Assembly (NCBI GenBank): GCA_019639155.1 | Contig: JAHBSJ010000007.1 | Span: 173,429-237,428 of the forward strand | Source: Acidobacteriota bacterium | GTDB taxonomy: Bacteria; Acidobacteriota; Blastocatellia; Pyrinomonadales; Pyrinomonadaceae | DNA length: 64,000 nt | Direction: 5' to 3' | Shown: one piece after another, positions 18,432 through 28,500 of the stretch | Layout of the letters: the number at the start of each line of letters is the position of its first letter | How positions within the stretch are numbered: the stretch's first letter is position 1 | Translations under genes and position numbers: made by a program | Notes under the pieces: model-generated | What the model was told of the DNA's origin: nothing | Databases searched by the model: none | What the model saw: only the letters and a program-made list of their open reading frames with translations

Positions 18432-21390
18432 CGGCAAGACGGCGGCCTTTCTTTTCAGCGTTCGGGAAGGCGAGGGTGAAGGTCGTGCCGTGGCCCTCGC
18501 GGCTGGTGACCTCGATCGTGCCGGCGTGTTCCTGAATGATGCCGTACGAAACAGCGAGGCCGAGTCCCGTGCCGTTGCCGACGCCTTTTGTCGTAAAGAA
18601 CGGATCAAAGACCTTTGATAGATTCTCTTCCGGAATGCCCTCGCCCGTGTCCGAAACCTCGATAACGACACCGTCGCCTTCGGCTCTTGTTCGCAGTGTG
18701 ATGGTCCCGCCGGCGAACATCGCGTCGCGAGCGTTCAGGATCAGATTGGTGAAAACCTGCTGCAGCTTGCCGCCGTTGCCGTAGATCGGCGGCGGCGAAT
18801 CTGCGTATTCCTTGACGACCTCGACGCTGCCTTTTCGCATTTGCGGTTCGAGAAGTTGGAGCGTGTCGTTGAGCAGTTTGTTCACGTCGATCTCCGTGAA
18901 TTCTTCCGATGTGCCGGTGCGTGAGAAATTGAGCAGATTGCCGACGATGTTGGTCGCACGCTCGGTCTGACGGTGCATCTTTTCGAGCAGGGCGTGTTTC
19001 GGATCGGTCTCAGGGATCATGCCCAGCAGCATCTGCGTGTAGCTGGAAACGCCCGTGAGCGGCGTATTCACCTCGTGCGCGACGCCCGCCGCCAGCAGGC
19101 CGATGCTCGATAGTTTTTCGCTTTGCTGCAGCGTTTCTTCCAGCTTGACGCGGGAAGATACATTCTCGAGCACGATGATCGCTCCGGTCTGCTGGCTCGA
19201 AACGGAACGAAGCGGCGCGACGGCGACATTGAGTATCAGCGAGGCACCGTTGCGGTCGAATGTGTGCAGTTTGTAAGCGTTGCGAATTTCGGTCAGATGC
19301 CAGCGTGATTTGCCTAGGATAGCCTCGATGTTCTGCGACAGTCCAGGCTCGAACACCTCTTCGACCAAACGGCCGACCGCCTCGTCGCGGCTGTGCCCCA
19401 TCATTTCCTCAAATGTCGAATTGGACCGCGTGATGCGTCCCGTCTCGTCCACGGCGAGCAGGCCGACGTTTACCGACTCGACTATGGATTCGTTGAATTC
19501 CTTCAGCAGAGCGAGCTCTTCGGCGTGCTGCCGCTGTTGGCCGTACAGACGGCTGTTCTCAATAGCGACGGCGATATAGCCGGAAATTGCCTTGATGATC
19601 TCAAGATCCTCGGACGAGAGCAGCGAACCGTCGCTCGCGCGTCCGAGGCCGATGACCGCGACCATTTTGCCGCCGGCGACGCAGGGAACGAAATAGTGCA
19701 GTTCGTGGCGGACGGGCAACGCCGAATTTCCGTTTACGGACGGCTTCGGTGACGATTCCTGAATATCCAGTTCGTCCACGCGGACGATGCCGCGTGCCGC
19801 GGAACGCTGACGGATCATCGTTCGAAAATCCGCAGGTATGCGGTATTCTTCGCTCAATCCGTGAGCCTTTGCGATGCGGTAATGAGCTACTGCCGTCTCG
19901 TCCTCGAGGAATATGGCGACCTTTTCCACGTCCAAAACCTGACGCAGACGTTCAGCCAAACCGTCAAGCAGCGGATCCAATGCGGTCGTAGCCGACAGCG
20001 TTTTGCCGAAATCAAGAAGTCCCTGCCGCAGGTCGTAGCGTTCGCCGTAGAAGAACCGGTCGGCACGTTCCGACAGGAATTTCTTCAGCGGTTCGCTGAG
20101 CATGATGATCGCGCCCATCGCGACGATGGCGATTATGGCACGCAGGGCTATCTCGACGGTCGAAAGGTCTTTGCCGACCGCGAGGAATACCAGGCCGAGG
20201 GCGACGCCGCCGACCATCATTGCGATGAACAGCGTCGTCAGAGCATAAACCAACGCACGCCGGACGACGACGTCAACGTCCATCAGTCGGTAACGTACGA
20301 CCGAATGTCCGAAGCTAAGCGGGATCAGCGCCAGCGGCAGCGTGGTTATCGCGGTGCTGAAATTGTCGTCCGGTATCTGAATCGCAAAACGCTCGACAAG
20401 CTGCATCAGCACGACGGGAACGATGGCGGCGATGGTGCCCCACATCGTCCATTTCAGGCGTTGACGCACCAAAGGCTGCTTGCTGGTGAAAACACGCCAG
20501 ACAAGCACGGCCGCACCCGCGGAAACGCCAACCACGAAATGCAGAAAGTTGAAGCGAAACAGCAGGGCGAAGAAATTGAACCGGTCGCTCAAACGAGCGA
20601 TGGCCTCGGTGACCGAAGATTCGGGAAAGAACTGCGGCACCAGCGATACGAAGGTCAAAACGACAGCGAAAATTGCCGCCGGGACGTAGAGAATGTAAGT
20701 TTTCCAGGGCTTTTCGGTCAGAACGTCGCTGCGGACCGGATACCTGATGCAGAAATGCAGGAAAAGCGGCACGAAGAACGCAAGTGCGAAGTTATCCAGC
20801 AGATCGACCGCCAGGTCGAAATCCTTTGCGATGCCGATCGGCCTGTAAACGTGAAACACGAAAGCCGCCAGGCAGACCATCGCGAAATGCAGAACGAATG
20901 GGGCCCTGCTGCCTTGCTTGAAAAGCACGAACAGCCCGACACCGAGCCAGACGAATCCGACGATCGACAGGAATACTATCGAGGGCGTCCAGCGTTTGAC
21001 GGGGTCGATGTTCCTTAGGTCGGCGAAATAGAAATTGTCTGCAAAAGAATACGAAGGCCGCTGATAATAGTAGGTCAGGCTGCCGCCCACACCGGCTATC
21101 TCGAGATACATCTGCACGTCGGCGGGCGAAAGCACCTCGTCGGTCGTGTCGTTCTCAAGTGCGATACCGAGGAGTTTGTCGCCGACCGCGATGCCGGCAC
21201 GTGATCCCGCGAGGTCCGGAATGACCTTTTCCGCATAAATGCCGTCGTCGCGGTGAACCCAGAGAACCCCGTCCGTCGGAGGCATCGACTGAAAGGCCCG
21301 CTGTGTCATGTTCAGAGCCCCGGCGGCGACCAGCAAAACGGTCGCAAGCAGCCAGATCAGACTCCAACTTGTCAGCACTTTGTCCTTCAT
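18424..21390 (-). CDS. Multidomain sensor histidine kinase (TM, PDZ-like, polytopic membrane region, GAF, PAS, HisKA, HATPase_c)
   Basis: 988 aa. The H-box is AHEVNTPL, the N-box LILNARDA, and the G-boxes DTGEGI and GTGLGLA. The N-terminal PDZ-like segment is [15 protein letters not shown]. No response regulator gene is adjacent. Confidence 0.9.
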   Translation of the reverse strand: MKDKVLTSWSLIWLLATVLLVAAGALNMTQRAFQSMPPTDGVLWVHRDDGIYAEKVIPDLAGSRAGIAVGDKLLGIALENDTTDEVLSPADVQMYLEIAGVGGSLTYYYQRPSYSFADNFYFADLRNIDPVKRWTPSIVFLSIVGFVWLGVGLFVLFKQGSRAPFVLHFAMVCLAAFVFHVYRPIGIAKDFDLAVDLLDNFALAFFVPLFLHFCIRYPVRSDVLTEKPWKTYILYVPAAIFAVVLTFVSLVPQFFPESSVTEAIARLSDRFNFFALLFRFNFLHFVVGVSAGAAVLVWRVFTSKQPLVRQRLKWTMWGTIAAIVPVVLMQLVERFAIQIPDDNFSTAITTLPLALIPLSFGHSVVRYRLMDVDVVVRRALVYALTTLFIAMMVGGVALGLVFLAVGKDLSTVEIALRAIIAIVAMGAIIMLSEPLKKFLSERADRFFYGERYDLRQGLLDFGKTLSATTALDPLLDGLAERLRQVLDVEKVAIFLEDETAVAHYRIAKAHGLSEEYRIPADFRTMIRQRSAARGIVRVDELDIQESSPKPSVNGNSALPVRHELHYFVPCVAGGKMVAVIGLGRASDGSLLSSEDLEIIKAISGYIAVAIENSRLYGQQRQHAEELALLKEFNESIVESVNVGLLAVDETGRITRSNSTFEEMMGHSRDEAVGRLVEEVFEPGLSQNIEAILGKSRWHLTEIRNAYKLHTFDRNGASLILNVAVAPLRSVSSQQTGAIIVLENVSSRVKLEETLQQSEKLSSIGLLAAGVAHEVNTPLTGVSSYTQMLLGMIPETDPKHALLEKMHRQTERATNIVGNLLNFSRTGTSEEFTEIDVNKLLNDTLQLLEPQMRKGSVEVVKEYADSPPPIYGNGGKLQQVFTNLILNARDAMFAGGTITLRTRAEGDGVVIEVSDTGEGIPEENLSKVFDPFFTTKGVGNGTGLGLAVSYGIIQEHAGTIEVTSREGHGTTFTLAFPNAEKKGRRLAVS

Positions 21391-21594
21391 TAAAAAGGGC
21401 GGACCTCTCCTCCGGTCTTTAACGCAAAGAGCGTTCCAATGAACACCCCGATGCGCCGGCGATACAGATACGCTGTAAGCATACTATTTTCAGCGATTTA
21501 AAGGAAGAATTCTCAGCGGTAAAGTGTGGTGAGGAATGCAGACGAGAATAGGCATCCGAGAATTTGGACGAACCTGTAAACAAATGGAAAGAAA

Positions 21595-23304
21595 CTAGAA
21601 ACGAACCTGAATGCCGCCCATCAGCATCCTTCGCTGCGAGCTTAGCCTGAGCAGGCCCTCGTCGCTGGCGGCGGCCGCCTGCAGGTCAAAGAGGTTGCGT
21701 GCGTCGATGATGGCCTCGGCACGTATAGGCAGGCCGAGCGTGGGCAGGTTCTGCGTTACATAAACGCTCAGGCCGGGATCGTAGATCGCCAGGCGGCCTT
21801 TGAAAGGGTCGATGGCGAAAACCGTGGCCTGCGGCGACAGACGGTAGATCGTGCGGACGCTCGTTCCCGAACGAAGATCGGCCGAGACCTGTGCAAAGAA
21901 CGACTGGAAAATATCGTTCTCAAAAACGCTTTGCGGATCGGTGATACCGGCGGCAGACAGCTTTTGCCCCGCACCGTAAGAATATCCCGCTGATGCCGAG
22001 AACGGCCCGTTCAGGCGGCGGTTGTAAACCACGCGAAATCCGCGTGCTTCGCCCTGCTGCGAAGCCGTCAGGTCGCTGAAACCATCGCCTTCGAGCGTAG
22101 TGAGGTCAAATGTATTTATGCCGACGCCGCGTCCCTGTACTGTGTCAAAGAACACTGCGGCGTCGATCGAAGAACGATAGTCCAGAACACGCTCAATGCC
22201 GAATTCCAGCCTCGTACTGCGGTTTAGCTGCGGTTTGCCCTCTACAAAGGCAAGATCCTCGATCGCGACGGGCTCGGCAAAGGCGAAGCTTGCACCTTCG
22301 AGCTCCATCGCGCGTGCCCAACTGCGTTCTACGGTCTGCGGCGTGAACGAGGCACGCACACGGGTCTTTGAGTCGGCGTCGAACTGCAGCCCGAACCTCG
22401 GGCTGACCGCCGAATCGCCGCCGGAGCCGACGAACCGCGAATAATCAAGGCCGTAAACGACGATGATGCCCTCGCGGACGCGCCATTCGTCCAGAGCCTG
22501 AAACGTGGCCTGGCCAAGCGTATCGCTGGTTCCGGTGAGGATGCCGAGCTTGCTGACCGAGCCGGTTACCCTGAAATTATGTGCTCCGGCGCGATAGTTC
22601 AGCGTGGTTTCGATACGCTGAGGTGCCGAGCGGCCCAAGCCGGTTTGGCCGGCGAGTATGATATCAAGGTCTCGATTGATCGGAATGAGCGTCGCGGCGT
22701 TGAGTCCGGCGAATGATCCGCCGCGATTTGCCGCAAAATAGCTTTCGGCGATGGTCTGGCCTTTTCGCGTTACATCGCGTTCGTCGCGGACGGGCTCTTC
22801 TGCGACAGGCTCTTCGCCCTCGCTGTTCTGATAGATCGAGCGGTTTATCTGCGATGCGCGGATGCGCCACTTTGAGCTGTTTCGGTCAACGCGGCTTTCG
22901 GGCATAGTATTGCCGCCGCCTGCGCGTTCCAGCTTGATGCCATAGCTGAGTTCGGCGGCACGGCCGACCTCGACACCGAGCAGGCGAGCCGGCGTAAAGC
23001 CGTTCGCGACCGCGGTCAGCGTGTAGCTGCCGGGCAGGACCTTGAGCAAAAAGCTGCCGTCGCGGCCTGCGGCGACCTGGCGGAAGAGCTTTGACGTGCT
23101 GTTTCGGATGACGGAAACGGTCGCTCCTGAGATGGGCGAGCCGGCGGCGTCGCGGACGACGCCTTTGATGATGCCTATATTACTGCCGCGTTCGGCTGAT
23201 GCGGTGACCTCAACGGTTTCGGCCGCGAGTGCATTCTGCGCTGAAAAGCCAGCCGCAATGAACGCGACGGCAGTCAGAACCCTGCATAATCGGCTAAAAC
23301 CCAT
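21595..23304 (-). CDS. Outer-membrane beta-barrel protein with an N-terminal carboxypeptidase-regulatory-like domain
   Basis: The start at ATG 23304 gives the signal peptide MGFSRLCRVLTAVAFIAAGFSAQNALA; an alternative start lies at 23361. The CarboxypepD_reg segment reads GVVRDAAGSPISGATVSV...GSYTLTAVANGF. The C-terminus ends in ...IQVRF. Confidence 0.7.
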   Translation of the reverse strand: MGFSRLCRVLTAVAFIAAGFSAQNALAAETVEVTASAERGSNIGIIKGVVRDAAGSPISGATVSVIRNSTSKLFRQVAAGRDGSFLLKVLPGSYTLTAVANGFTPARLLGVEVGRAAELSYGIKLERAGGGNTMPESRVDRNSSKWRIRASQINRSIYQNSEGEEPVAEEPVRDERDVTRKGQTIAESYFAANRGGSFAGLNAATLIPINRDLDIILAGQTGLGRSAPQRIETTLNYRAGAHNFRVTGSVSKLGILTGTSDTLGQATFQALDEWRVREGIIVVYGLDYSRFVGSGGDSAVSPRFGLQFDADSKTRVRASFTPQTVERSWARAMELEGASFAFAEPVAIEDLAFVEGKPQLNRSTRLEFGIERVLDYRSSIDAAVFFDTVQGRGVGINTFDLTTLEGDGFSDLTASQQGEARGFRVVYNRRLNGPFSASAGYSYGAGQKLSAAGITDPQSVFENDIFQSFFAQVSADLRSGTSVRTIYRLSPQATVFAIDPFKGRLAIYDPGLSVYVTQNLPTLGLPIRAEAIIDARNLFDLQAAAASDEGLLRLSSQRRMLMGGIQVRF

Positions 23305-23405
23305 AAGTGCCCGCAATACAAGCAACTTTCGTATTCTGTTCCCAAAAATCAAGTGTGTCAAGCCCTTGGGGCAACGTGAACGTCTGCGGTTGGGATGCGA
23401 TTAAC

Positions 23406-23433
23406 TTGACAAAGTTTGCCCTCAGGCTAGAAT
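23406..23433 (+). promoter_or_regulatory. Sigma-70-type promoter for tRNA-Ser
   Basis: TTGACA lies at 23406-23411, then a 16-nt spacer, then TAGAAT at 23428-23433. This is about 27 nt upstream of the tRNA 5' end. Confidence 0.5.
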
Positions 23434-23459
23434 TAAGTCTTGCTTTTCAGCGTTCTACC

Positions 23460-23550
23460 GGAGACGTGGCTGAGTGGCTGAAAGCGGCGGTTTGCTAAAC
23501 CGTTGTACTCCAAAAGGGTACCACAGGTTCGAATCCTGTCGTCTCCGCCA
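23460..23550 (+). tRNA. tRNA-Ser (anticodon GCU), CCA encoded
   Basis: I folded the cloverleaf by hand. The acceptor stem is ggagacg/cgtctcc. The anticodon stem is gcggt/accgt with loop ttGCTaa (GCT at 23494-23496). It has a long variable arm, a T-arm with ggttcgaatcc, a discriminator G and a terminal CCA. Confidence 0.9.
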
Positions 23551-23563
23551 TCATTTTCAGCGG

Positions 23564-23594
23564 CCGCCTGCTTTCAGCGGGCGGTTTGTGTTTT
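23564..23594 (+). terminator. Hairpin plus T-rich tract after tRNA-Ser
   Basis: The stem is ccgcctgc/gcgggcgg (one G-U pair) with loop tttca, followed by tttgtgtttt. Confidence 0.5.
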
Positions 23595-23610
23595 GGGGAC
23601 ATCTCCCCGG

Positions 23611-23773
23611 TCTCTGCGCCTTTCCCGGCGGTCTCTGCGTTGATGTTTCGCAAACGCCGAGATAGCAGAGGTTGGCGCGGAGGCCGCAGAGAAGATTCGT
23701 CACCTACTGCGTAGGCATTCCGACCGCCGCCGATACACAGCCGAGGCCTTTGCGTTCTTTGCGGCTTTCCGTG
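23611..23773. repeat. Cluster of a short dispersed intergenic motif (TCTCTGCG / CTTTGCG-type)
   Basis: tctctgcg occurs at 23611-23618 and 23632-23639, with an inverted copy cgcagaga at 23685-23692. cctttgcgttctttgcggctttccgtg lies at 23747-23773. Related copies are at 34372-34396, 61666-61689 and 63983-64000. Confidence 0.5.
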
Positions 23774-23786
23774 AAAATCATCGTTT

Positions 23787-25424
23787 ATGACTACTCGCGT
23801 CAGATTCGCACCTTCGCCGACCGGTTATCTGCATATCGGTTCGGCACGCACCGCGCTTTTCAATTATCTTTACGCACGCCACACCGGCGGCAAATTCCTG
23901 CTCAGGATCGAGGATACGGACCTTGCACGATCGACCGAGGAATCGACGCGTTCGATACTCGACGGCCTCGAATGGCTCGGTTTCGCTCCTGACGAGGAGA
24001 TCGTTTTTCAGTCCGACAACGCCGACAAACACCGCGAGACCGCCCGAAAACTGCTTGCCGAAGGCAAAGCGTATCGCGATTTCACGCCAAAAGAAGCTCC
24101 GTCCGATGCCAATGTAAAGGACGCGATAAAGGAACGCGCCCGTGCGCAGGGTGCCGACAAGAACATGCGCGACAATCCGTTTCGCGATCTGCCGCGAGAA
24201 GAAAGCGATGCACGTGCCGCTGCAGGCGAGCCTTTTGCGATCCGCCTGAAGGTCGCCGAGCACGGCCGCACGGCGTTTGACGATAAGGTTTACGGCCTGC
24301 AGGAACGCGATTACGCCGACACCGAGGACCTCGTCCTGCTGCGTTCGGACGGACATCCGCTTTATAACCTTGCCGTCGTCTGCGACGACATCGAGATGCA
24401 GATAACGCACGTCATCCGCGGCCAGGACCATCTGACGAACACGCACAAACAGATCCTCATTTACGAAGCTTTGGGCGTCACGCCGCCTACGTTCGCACAC
24501 CTGCCGCTGATCATGGCTCCGAATAAGGGCAAGCTGTCGAAACGCAAACACGGCGAGGTCGTTTCGATGACAACTTATCGCGACGCGGGGTTCTTGCCCG
24601 AGGCGTTTCGCAATTCGCTGGCACTGCTCGGCTGGTCCGCCGGCGAAGAGCAGGAGATCTACACGCTCGACGAACTCATCGAAAAATTCTCACTCGAGGG
24701 CATTCACCGCTCGAACGCCGTATTCAATTTCAGCCAGGACGACCCGCGAAAATGGACCGACGACAAGGCCATCTGGATGAACGCCGAATACATCCGCACG
24801 ATGCCGCTCGACGAGCTGCTGCCGCATGTCAAAGCCGAGTTGAAAGCCGCAAAATTGTGGAAAGACGAATACGCCGACGACCTGCCCGACACGGACGATC
24901 CGGCGTTTGCTGACAGCTTACAGCTATTAGCTGACAGCTATTCAGCGAACTCGCCGATCGATTCCACGGCCTGGTTTTTGCACACGATCGACGTGATCCG
25001 TGCACGCTTTTTCACGCTCAAGGATTTCTCGTCGCAAGGCCGCGCGTATTTCAGCGAAGACTACGATTTCGACCCCGCAGCCATAGCAAAGAACCTGACC
25101 AAATTCCCCGAACTCGCGACGTGGCTGCCGGAATTGGCGGATCGATTCGAGACTGAATTTGACGGCGCGGACAGCCCGCCCGCTGACGCAGGCGGTTCTG
25201 ACAATGAGGTTGCCGGCCTGCCGTATTCCGAAGCCAACATCGAAACCGTCGTCAAAGCTTTCACCGAAGAAAAAGGTACAAAACTCGGCGTCATCATGAA
25301 CGGAGCTCGCACACTCCTAACAGGCGTCGCCGTCGGCCCGTCAATGCTCTCCGTCTTCGAGATCATCGGCCTCGAACGAACCCTGATGCGCCTAAGAAGC
25401 CAGGTCGCGTGGAATGCTTTATGA
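23787..25424 (+). CDS. gltX: Glutamate--tRNA ligase
   Basis: 545 aa. The HIGH-type motif is PSPTGYLHIGSART and the KMSKS-type motif is KLSKRK. The core RIEDTD is conserved. Confidence 0.95.
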   Translation: MTTRVRFAPSPTGYLHIGSARTALFNYLYARHTGGKFLLRIEDTDLARSTEESTRSILDGLEWLGFAPDEEIVFQSDNADKHRETARKLLAEGKAYRDFTPKEAPSDANVKDAIKERARAQGADKNMRDNPFRDLPREESDARAAAGEPFAIRLKVAEHGRTAFDDKVYGLQERDYADTEDLVLLRSDGHPLYNLAVVCDDIEMQITHVIRGQDHLTNTHKQILIYEALGVTPPTFAHLPLIMAPNKGKLSKRKHGEVVSMTTYRDAGFLPEAFRNSLALLGWSAGEEQEIYTLDELIEKFSLEGIHRSNAVFNFSQDDPRKWTDDKAIWMNAEYIRTMPLDELLPHVKAELKAAKLWKDEYADDLPDTDDPAFADSLQLLADSYSANSPIDSTAWFLHTIDVIRARFFTLKDFSSQGRAYFSEDYDFDPAAIAKNLTKFPELATWLPELADRFETEFDGADSPPADAGGSDNEVAGLPYSEANIETVVKAFTEEKGTKLGVIMNGARTLLTGVAVGPSMLSVFEIIGLERTLMRLRSQVAWNAL

Positions 25425-25485
25425 CTGAAATTTGCTGAAAGCAAATCAGCATAACCTTTAACAAAGGTAACCCAAATCGCAGACT

Positions 25486-26370
25486 ATGAAACATCACTTC
25501 GCAGACTTCTTGGACAGAACGGGCGATTATTGGACGACAATTCCGAACAGAAAAAGATTTTCGTACCTTGCGGATTCTGACATTCCAAACAAAGACCAAG
25601 TAAGGATCCTGACAATAAGTAAAACTCACGACAAGGCTAATTGGGAACAGATTTTTGAGTGCCCGAACCTTGAAGAACTCACGCTTCATGAGCCAAGCAA
25701 AGAACAGGTTCAAGCAATTCGCAAACTGACAAATGTTAAGAGATTAAGAATAACTTTTTTCAGAGCGTCCGACATCGACTTCATAAGTGATTCGCAAAAT
25801 TTGGAAGAGTTAATCCTTGAGTATGTCTCAGGATTTTCGGACCTAGCGCCATTAAGAAGGTTAAAAAAATTAAGATCGGTTCACTTAGAAAATTTACGGC
25901 GAGTGACTGACTTTGGCGGAATCTCAGGTTTAGACAGTTTAAGGTACATCCACATTAGCGGAACTCTTGATTGGAGCCAGCCTGTACAAAACTTTGACTT
26001 TTTAAGTGAAGTTCCAAACCTGGAAGTTTTTAGCTTGGGCTTCGGAGTCAGGTTATTGAATCCAGAATTTCCCATCTTTAAATCATTAATTCAGCACAAA
26101 AAGATCAAGCAGCTAAGGATCGGTCGGGCATTCTGTAGCTTAGAAGACTATGCGTTTGCTGAAGTTATGCTTGGGAAAGATAAAATTACTTACGCAAATG
26201 GTGTCCCAGTTGAACTCTTCTATGAGAATAGCGGACGAATTGAATTTTTAGGGAAAGGCATGAGAAGTATTTCAGCAAAATACTCGGTAGAGAAATGTCA
26301 GCAAATCTCTCGGCAGTATGAAGAAATGAAACGAAGAGCAGAAGAATATTTATCGAGCTACTCGTCTTAG
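25486..26370 (+). CDS. Leucine-rich-repeat protein, cytoplasmic (no signal peptide), in a low-GC island
   Basis: 294 aa with repeated L..L..L.L units (NLEELTLHE, VKRLRITF, NLEELILEY, LKKLRSVHLENL, LDSLRYIHISG, NLEVFSLG). The segment is visibly more AT-rich than its flanks. Confidence 0.7.
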   Translation: MKHHFADFLDRTGDYWTTIPNRKRFSYLADSDIPNKDQVRILTISKTHDKANWEQIFECPNLEELTLHEPSKEQVQAIRKLTNVKRLRITFFRASDIDFISDSQNLEELILEYVSGFSDLAPLRRLKKLRSVHLENLRRVTDFGGISGLDSLRYIHISGTLDWSQPVQNFDFLSEVPNLEVFSLGFGVRLLNPEFPIFKSLIQHKKIKQLRIGRAFCSLEDYAFAEVMLGKDKITYANGVPVELFYENSGRIEFLGKGMRSISAKYSVEKCQQISRQYEEMKRRAEEYLSSYSS

Positions 26371-26376
26371 TCAAAA

Positions 26377-27648
26377 ATGAAAGCCCTCTTAATTTCAATG
26401 GGAACTCGCGGCGATGTCGAGCCGTTCCTAGCGGTGGGCGAGGTTTTGCGTGAACGGGGTTGGGAGGTTGTTTGTTTGTTTCCGGAGCAGTTTCGCGGGA
26501 TGACCGATGCGATGGGGTTTCGGTTTCATGGGTTCAGCGAAGAGTTTCTCAAACTGATCGACGGCAGCGACGCGAAGGAGATATTAGGCGGCGAAGGCGG
26601 GCCGTTCAGCCGCGTAAAAAACTGGGCTTCGCTTGCAAAAAAAGGAATGAAGCTCGCGAGTGAATCTGTCGAGGTCCAGCATCGCGTCCAGATCGACGAA
26701 GCTCCCGACCGCATCATCTATCACCCAAAATGCAATACGGCGATCGTCTGGGGAATGGCGAATCCGGGACGGGCGATCCAGCTCGCTCCGATACCGGGGC
26801 TCGCCCACGCCGTAGATGATTTCGCCCCGATGTGGAAAGACTTTGGCCGCATCGTGAATCGGGCGAGCTATCGGCTGATCAATTGGTTCAAGGCGTTCGC
26901 CGTGAAGAGATTTACCAAGAAATATATTCGGGACCTTGGGTTTACGAAACTCTCCGTAGCCGAGATAAACCGTGCATTGCTCGATACGGAAAGAACGATC
27001 TACACCGTTTCGCCGAGTTTGTTCAAGCGGCCCGGTTATTGGCCGCAAACTGCCGAGGTCGTCGGTTATTTTGAACGGGACAAGGCCGTCGATTGGCAAC
27101 CGGACGAGCGGCTTACCGAGTTTCTAAAAACCCACGAGAAGATCGTCTTCATCAGCTTTGGCAGCATGACGAATACAAAGCCGCGTGAGAAAACGGAGGC
27201 GATAGTAAACGTTCTAAAAAAGCAAAATATTCCCGCGATCATCAACACGTCGTGGGGCGGTTTGTGCGAGATCGACGATGCACCGGAACACGTAATGTTC
27301 GTCAGCGATGTACCGTATGACTGGCTATATCCGCAGATCTACGCGGTCGTGCATCACGGCGGTTCGGGCTCGACGCATATGGCGGTGAAATACGGCCTGC
27401 CGGCTCTCGTCGTCCCGCACGCCCTCGATCAGCCGTTCTGGGGAAGCATCATTCACAAAAACGGCCTCGGCCCCGAACCGCTGCCGATAAAGAACCTGAA
27501 TGAGGGTGCTTTTGGTTCACGGATCCTCGATCTGTGTAATAATAAGAAATACAAAGCAGAAGCGGCACTAATATCGCAGCCAGTTTCCCGAGAGGCAAGC
27601 CGAGACGAATTGTTTCACATCATTGCGCGAGAATACGAGGAATTATGA
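26377..27648 (+). CDS. GT1-family (UDP-glycosyltransferase / MGT-like) glycosyltransferase
   Basis: 423 aa. The N-terminus MGTRGDVEPF and the C-terminal nucleotide-sugar motif HHGGSGSTHMAVKYGLPALVVPHALDQPFWG are typical of the family. Confidence 0.85.
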   Translation: MKALLISMGTRGDVEPFLAVGEVLRERGWEVVCLFPEQFRGMTDAMGFRFHGFSEEFLKLIDGSDAKEILGGEGGPFSRVKNWASLAKKGMKLASESVEVQHRVQIDEAPDRIIYHPKCNTAIVWGMANPGRAIQLAPIPGLAHAVDDFAPMWKDFGRIVNRASYRLINWFKAFAVKRFTKKYIRDLGFTKLSVAEINRALLDTERTIYTVSPSLFKRPGYWPQTAEVVGYFERDKAVDWQPDERLTEFLKTHEKIVFISFGSMTNTKPREKTEAIVNVLKKQNIPAIINTSWGGLCEIDDAPEHVMFVSDVPYDWLYPQIYAVVHHGGSGSTHMAVKYGLPALVVPHALDQPFWGSIIHKNGLGPEPLPIKNLNEGAFGSRILDLCNNKKYKAEAALISQPVSREASRDELFHIIAREYEEL

Positions 27649-28076
27649 AAGGATATAAATCAAACATCGAAAAAGAGACGCTGAAGAACAAGAACTTCCG
27701 CAAGGTTCTTTACACCTCGGCCTACAGCCAGCTTGTGCTGATGAGTTTGCTGCCGAAAGAAGAGATCGGCGCCGAGACGCATCCTGAAAATGACCAGTTC
27801 GTTCGATTCGAAGGCGGTACAGGGCGTGTCATCATCGATGACAACAAATACACGGTAAAAGACGGCGACGCCGTCGTCATTCCGGCGGGTGCCCGTCACA
27901 ACGTGATCAACACATCGGCGACCGACGAGCTGAAGATCTACACCATCTATTCGCCGCCGCACCACAAGGACCAGATCGTCCGCAAGACCAAGGAAGAGGC
28001 AGAAGCGAACGAAGAGGAATTTGACGGCAAGATGACCGAAAAACGCAAAGCAAAGAAGATCGATGCAAAACCCTGA
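27645..28076 (+). CDS. Cupin-domain protein
   Basis: 143 aa with cupin motifs (GAETHPENDQFVRFEGG, DAVVIPAGARHNVIN). Its start forms an ATGA overlap with the GT1 stop. Confidence 0.8.
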   Translation: MKGYKSNIEKETLKNKNFRKVLYTSAYSQLVLMSLLPKEEIGAETHPENDQFVRFEGGTGRVIIDDNKYTVKDGDAVVIPAGARHNVINTSATDELKIYTIYSPPHHKDQIVRKTKEEAEANEEEFDGKMTEKRKAKKIDAKP

Positions 28077-28500
28077 CGTCGTCGATTACAACGAAGCCCG
28101 GTCGCCGGCGGAACGCGAGATCTGCGAACTGCTGGCGGCTGAGATCGGCCGCGGCCTGCCAAAGGCCGAGAACAAGATCTGGCACCGCCATCCGGTGTGG
28201 TTCCTCGACGGAAATCCGATCGTCGGTTACAGCAAACTCAAGAGCGGCATCAGGTTGATGTTCTGGAGCGGTGCCGATTTTGACGAACCGGATCTCAAAC
28301 CCGGTACCGGCAAATTCAAAGACGCGTCGATCACCTACACTTCGGCCGATAAGATCAATGTGCGCGACCTAAAACGTTGGCTCAAAAAATCCAAAGAGAT
28401 CCAGTGGGACTACAAAAATATCATTAAGCGAAAGGGCAGGCTTGAGAGACTGAAGTATTTTTCCCTAAACCTCAATTATCCGGTTCCGCACCGGCGATGA
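28063..28500 (+). CDS. DUF1801 (YdhG-like) domain protein
   Basis: 145 aa. The pattern ...ICELLAAEI...KIWHRHPVWFLDGNPIVGYSKLKSGIRLMFW matches my memory of DUF1801. Confidence 0.65.
   Translation: MQNPDVVDYNEARSPAEREICELLAAEIGRGLPKAENKIWHRHPVWFLDGNPIVGYSKLKSGIRLMFWSGADFDEPDLKPGTGKFKDASITYTSADKINVRDLKRWLKKSKEIQWDYKNIIKRKGRLERLKYFSLNLNYPVPHRR

Noticed and set aside
19861-21018. 385-aa plus-strand ORF inside the histidine kinase gene
   Set aside because: It is antisense to the membrane domain of a complete HK and is a charged low-complexity translation.
23778-24551. 257-aa minus-strand ORF overlapping the gltX 5' half
   Set aside because: gltX on the plus strand has HIGH and KMSKS motifs. The antisense ORF has none.
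23460-25430. tRNA-Ser as the attachment site of an integrated island
   Set aside because: I saw no integrase next to it and no second copy of the tRNA 3' end by eye. The next gene is housekeeping gltX. The low-GC LRR islet starts only after gltX.
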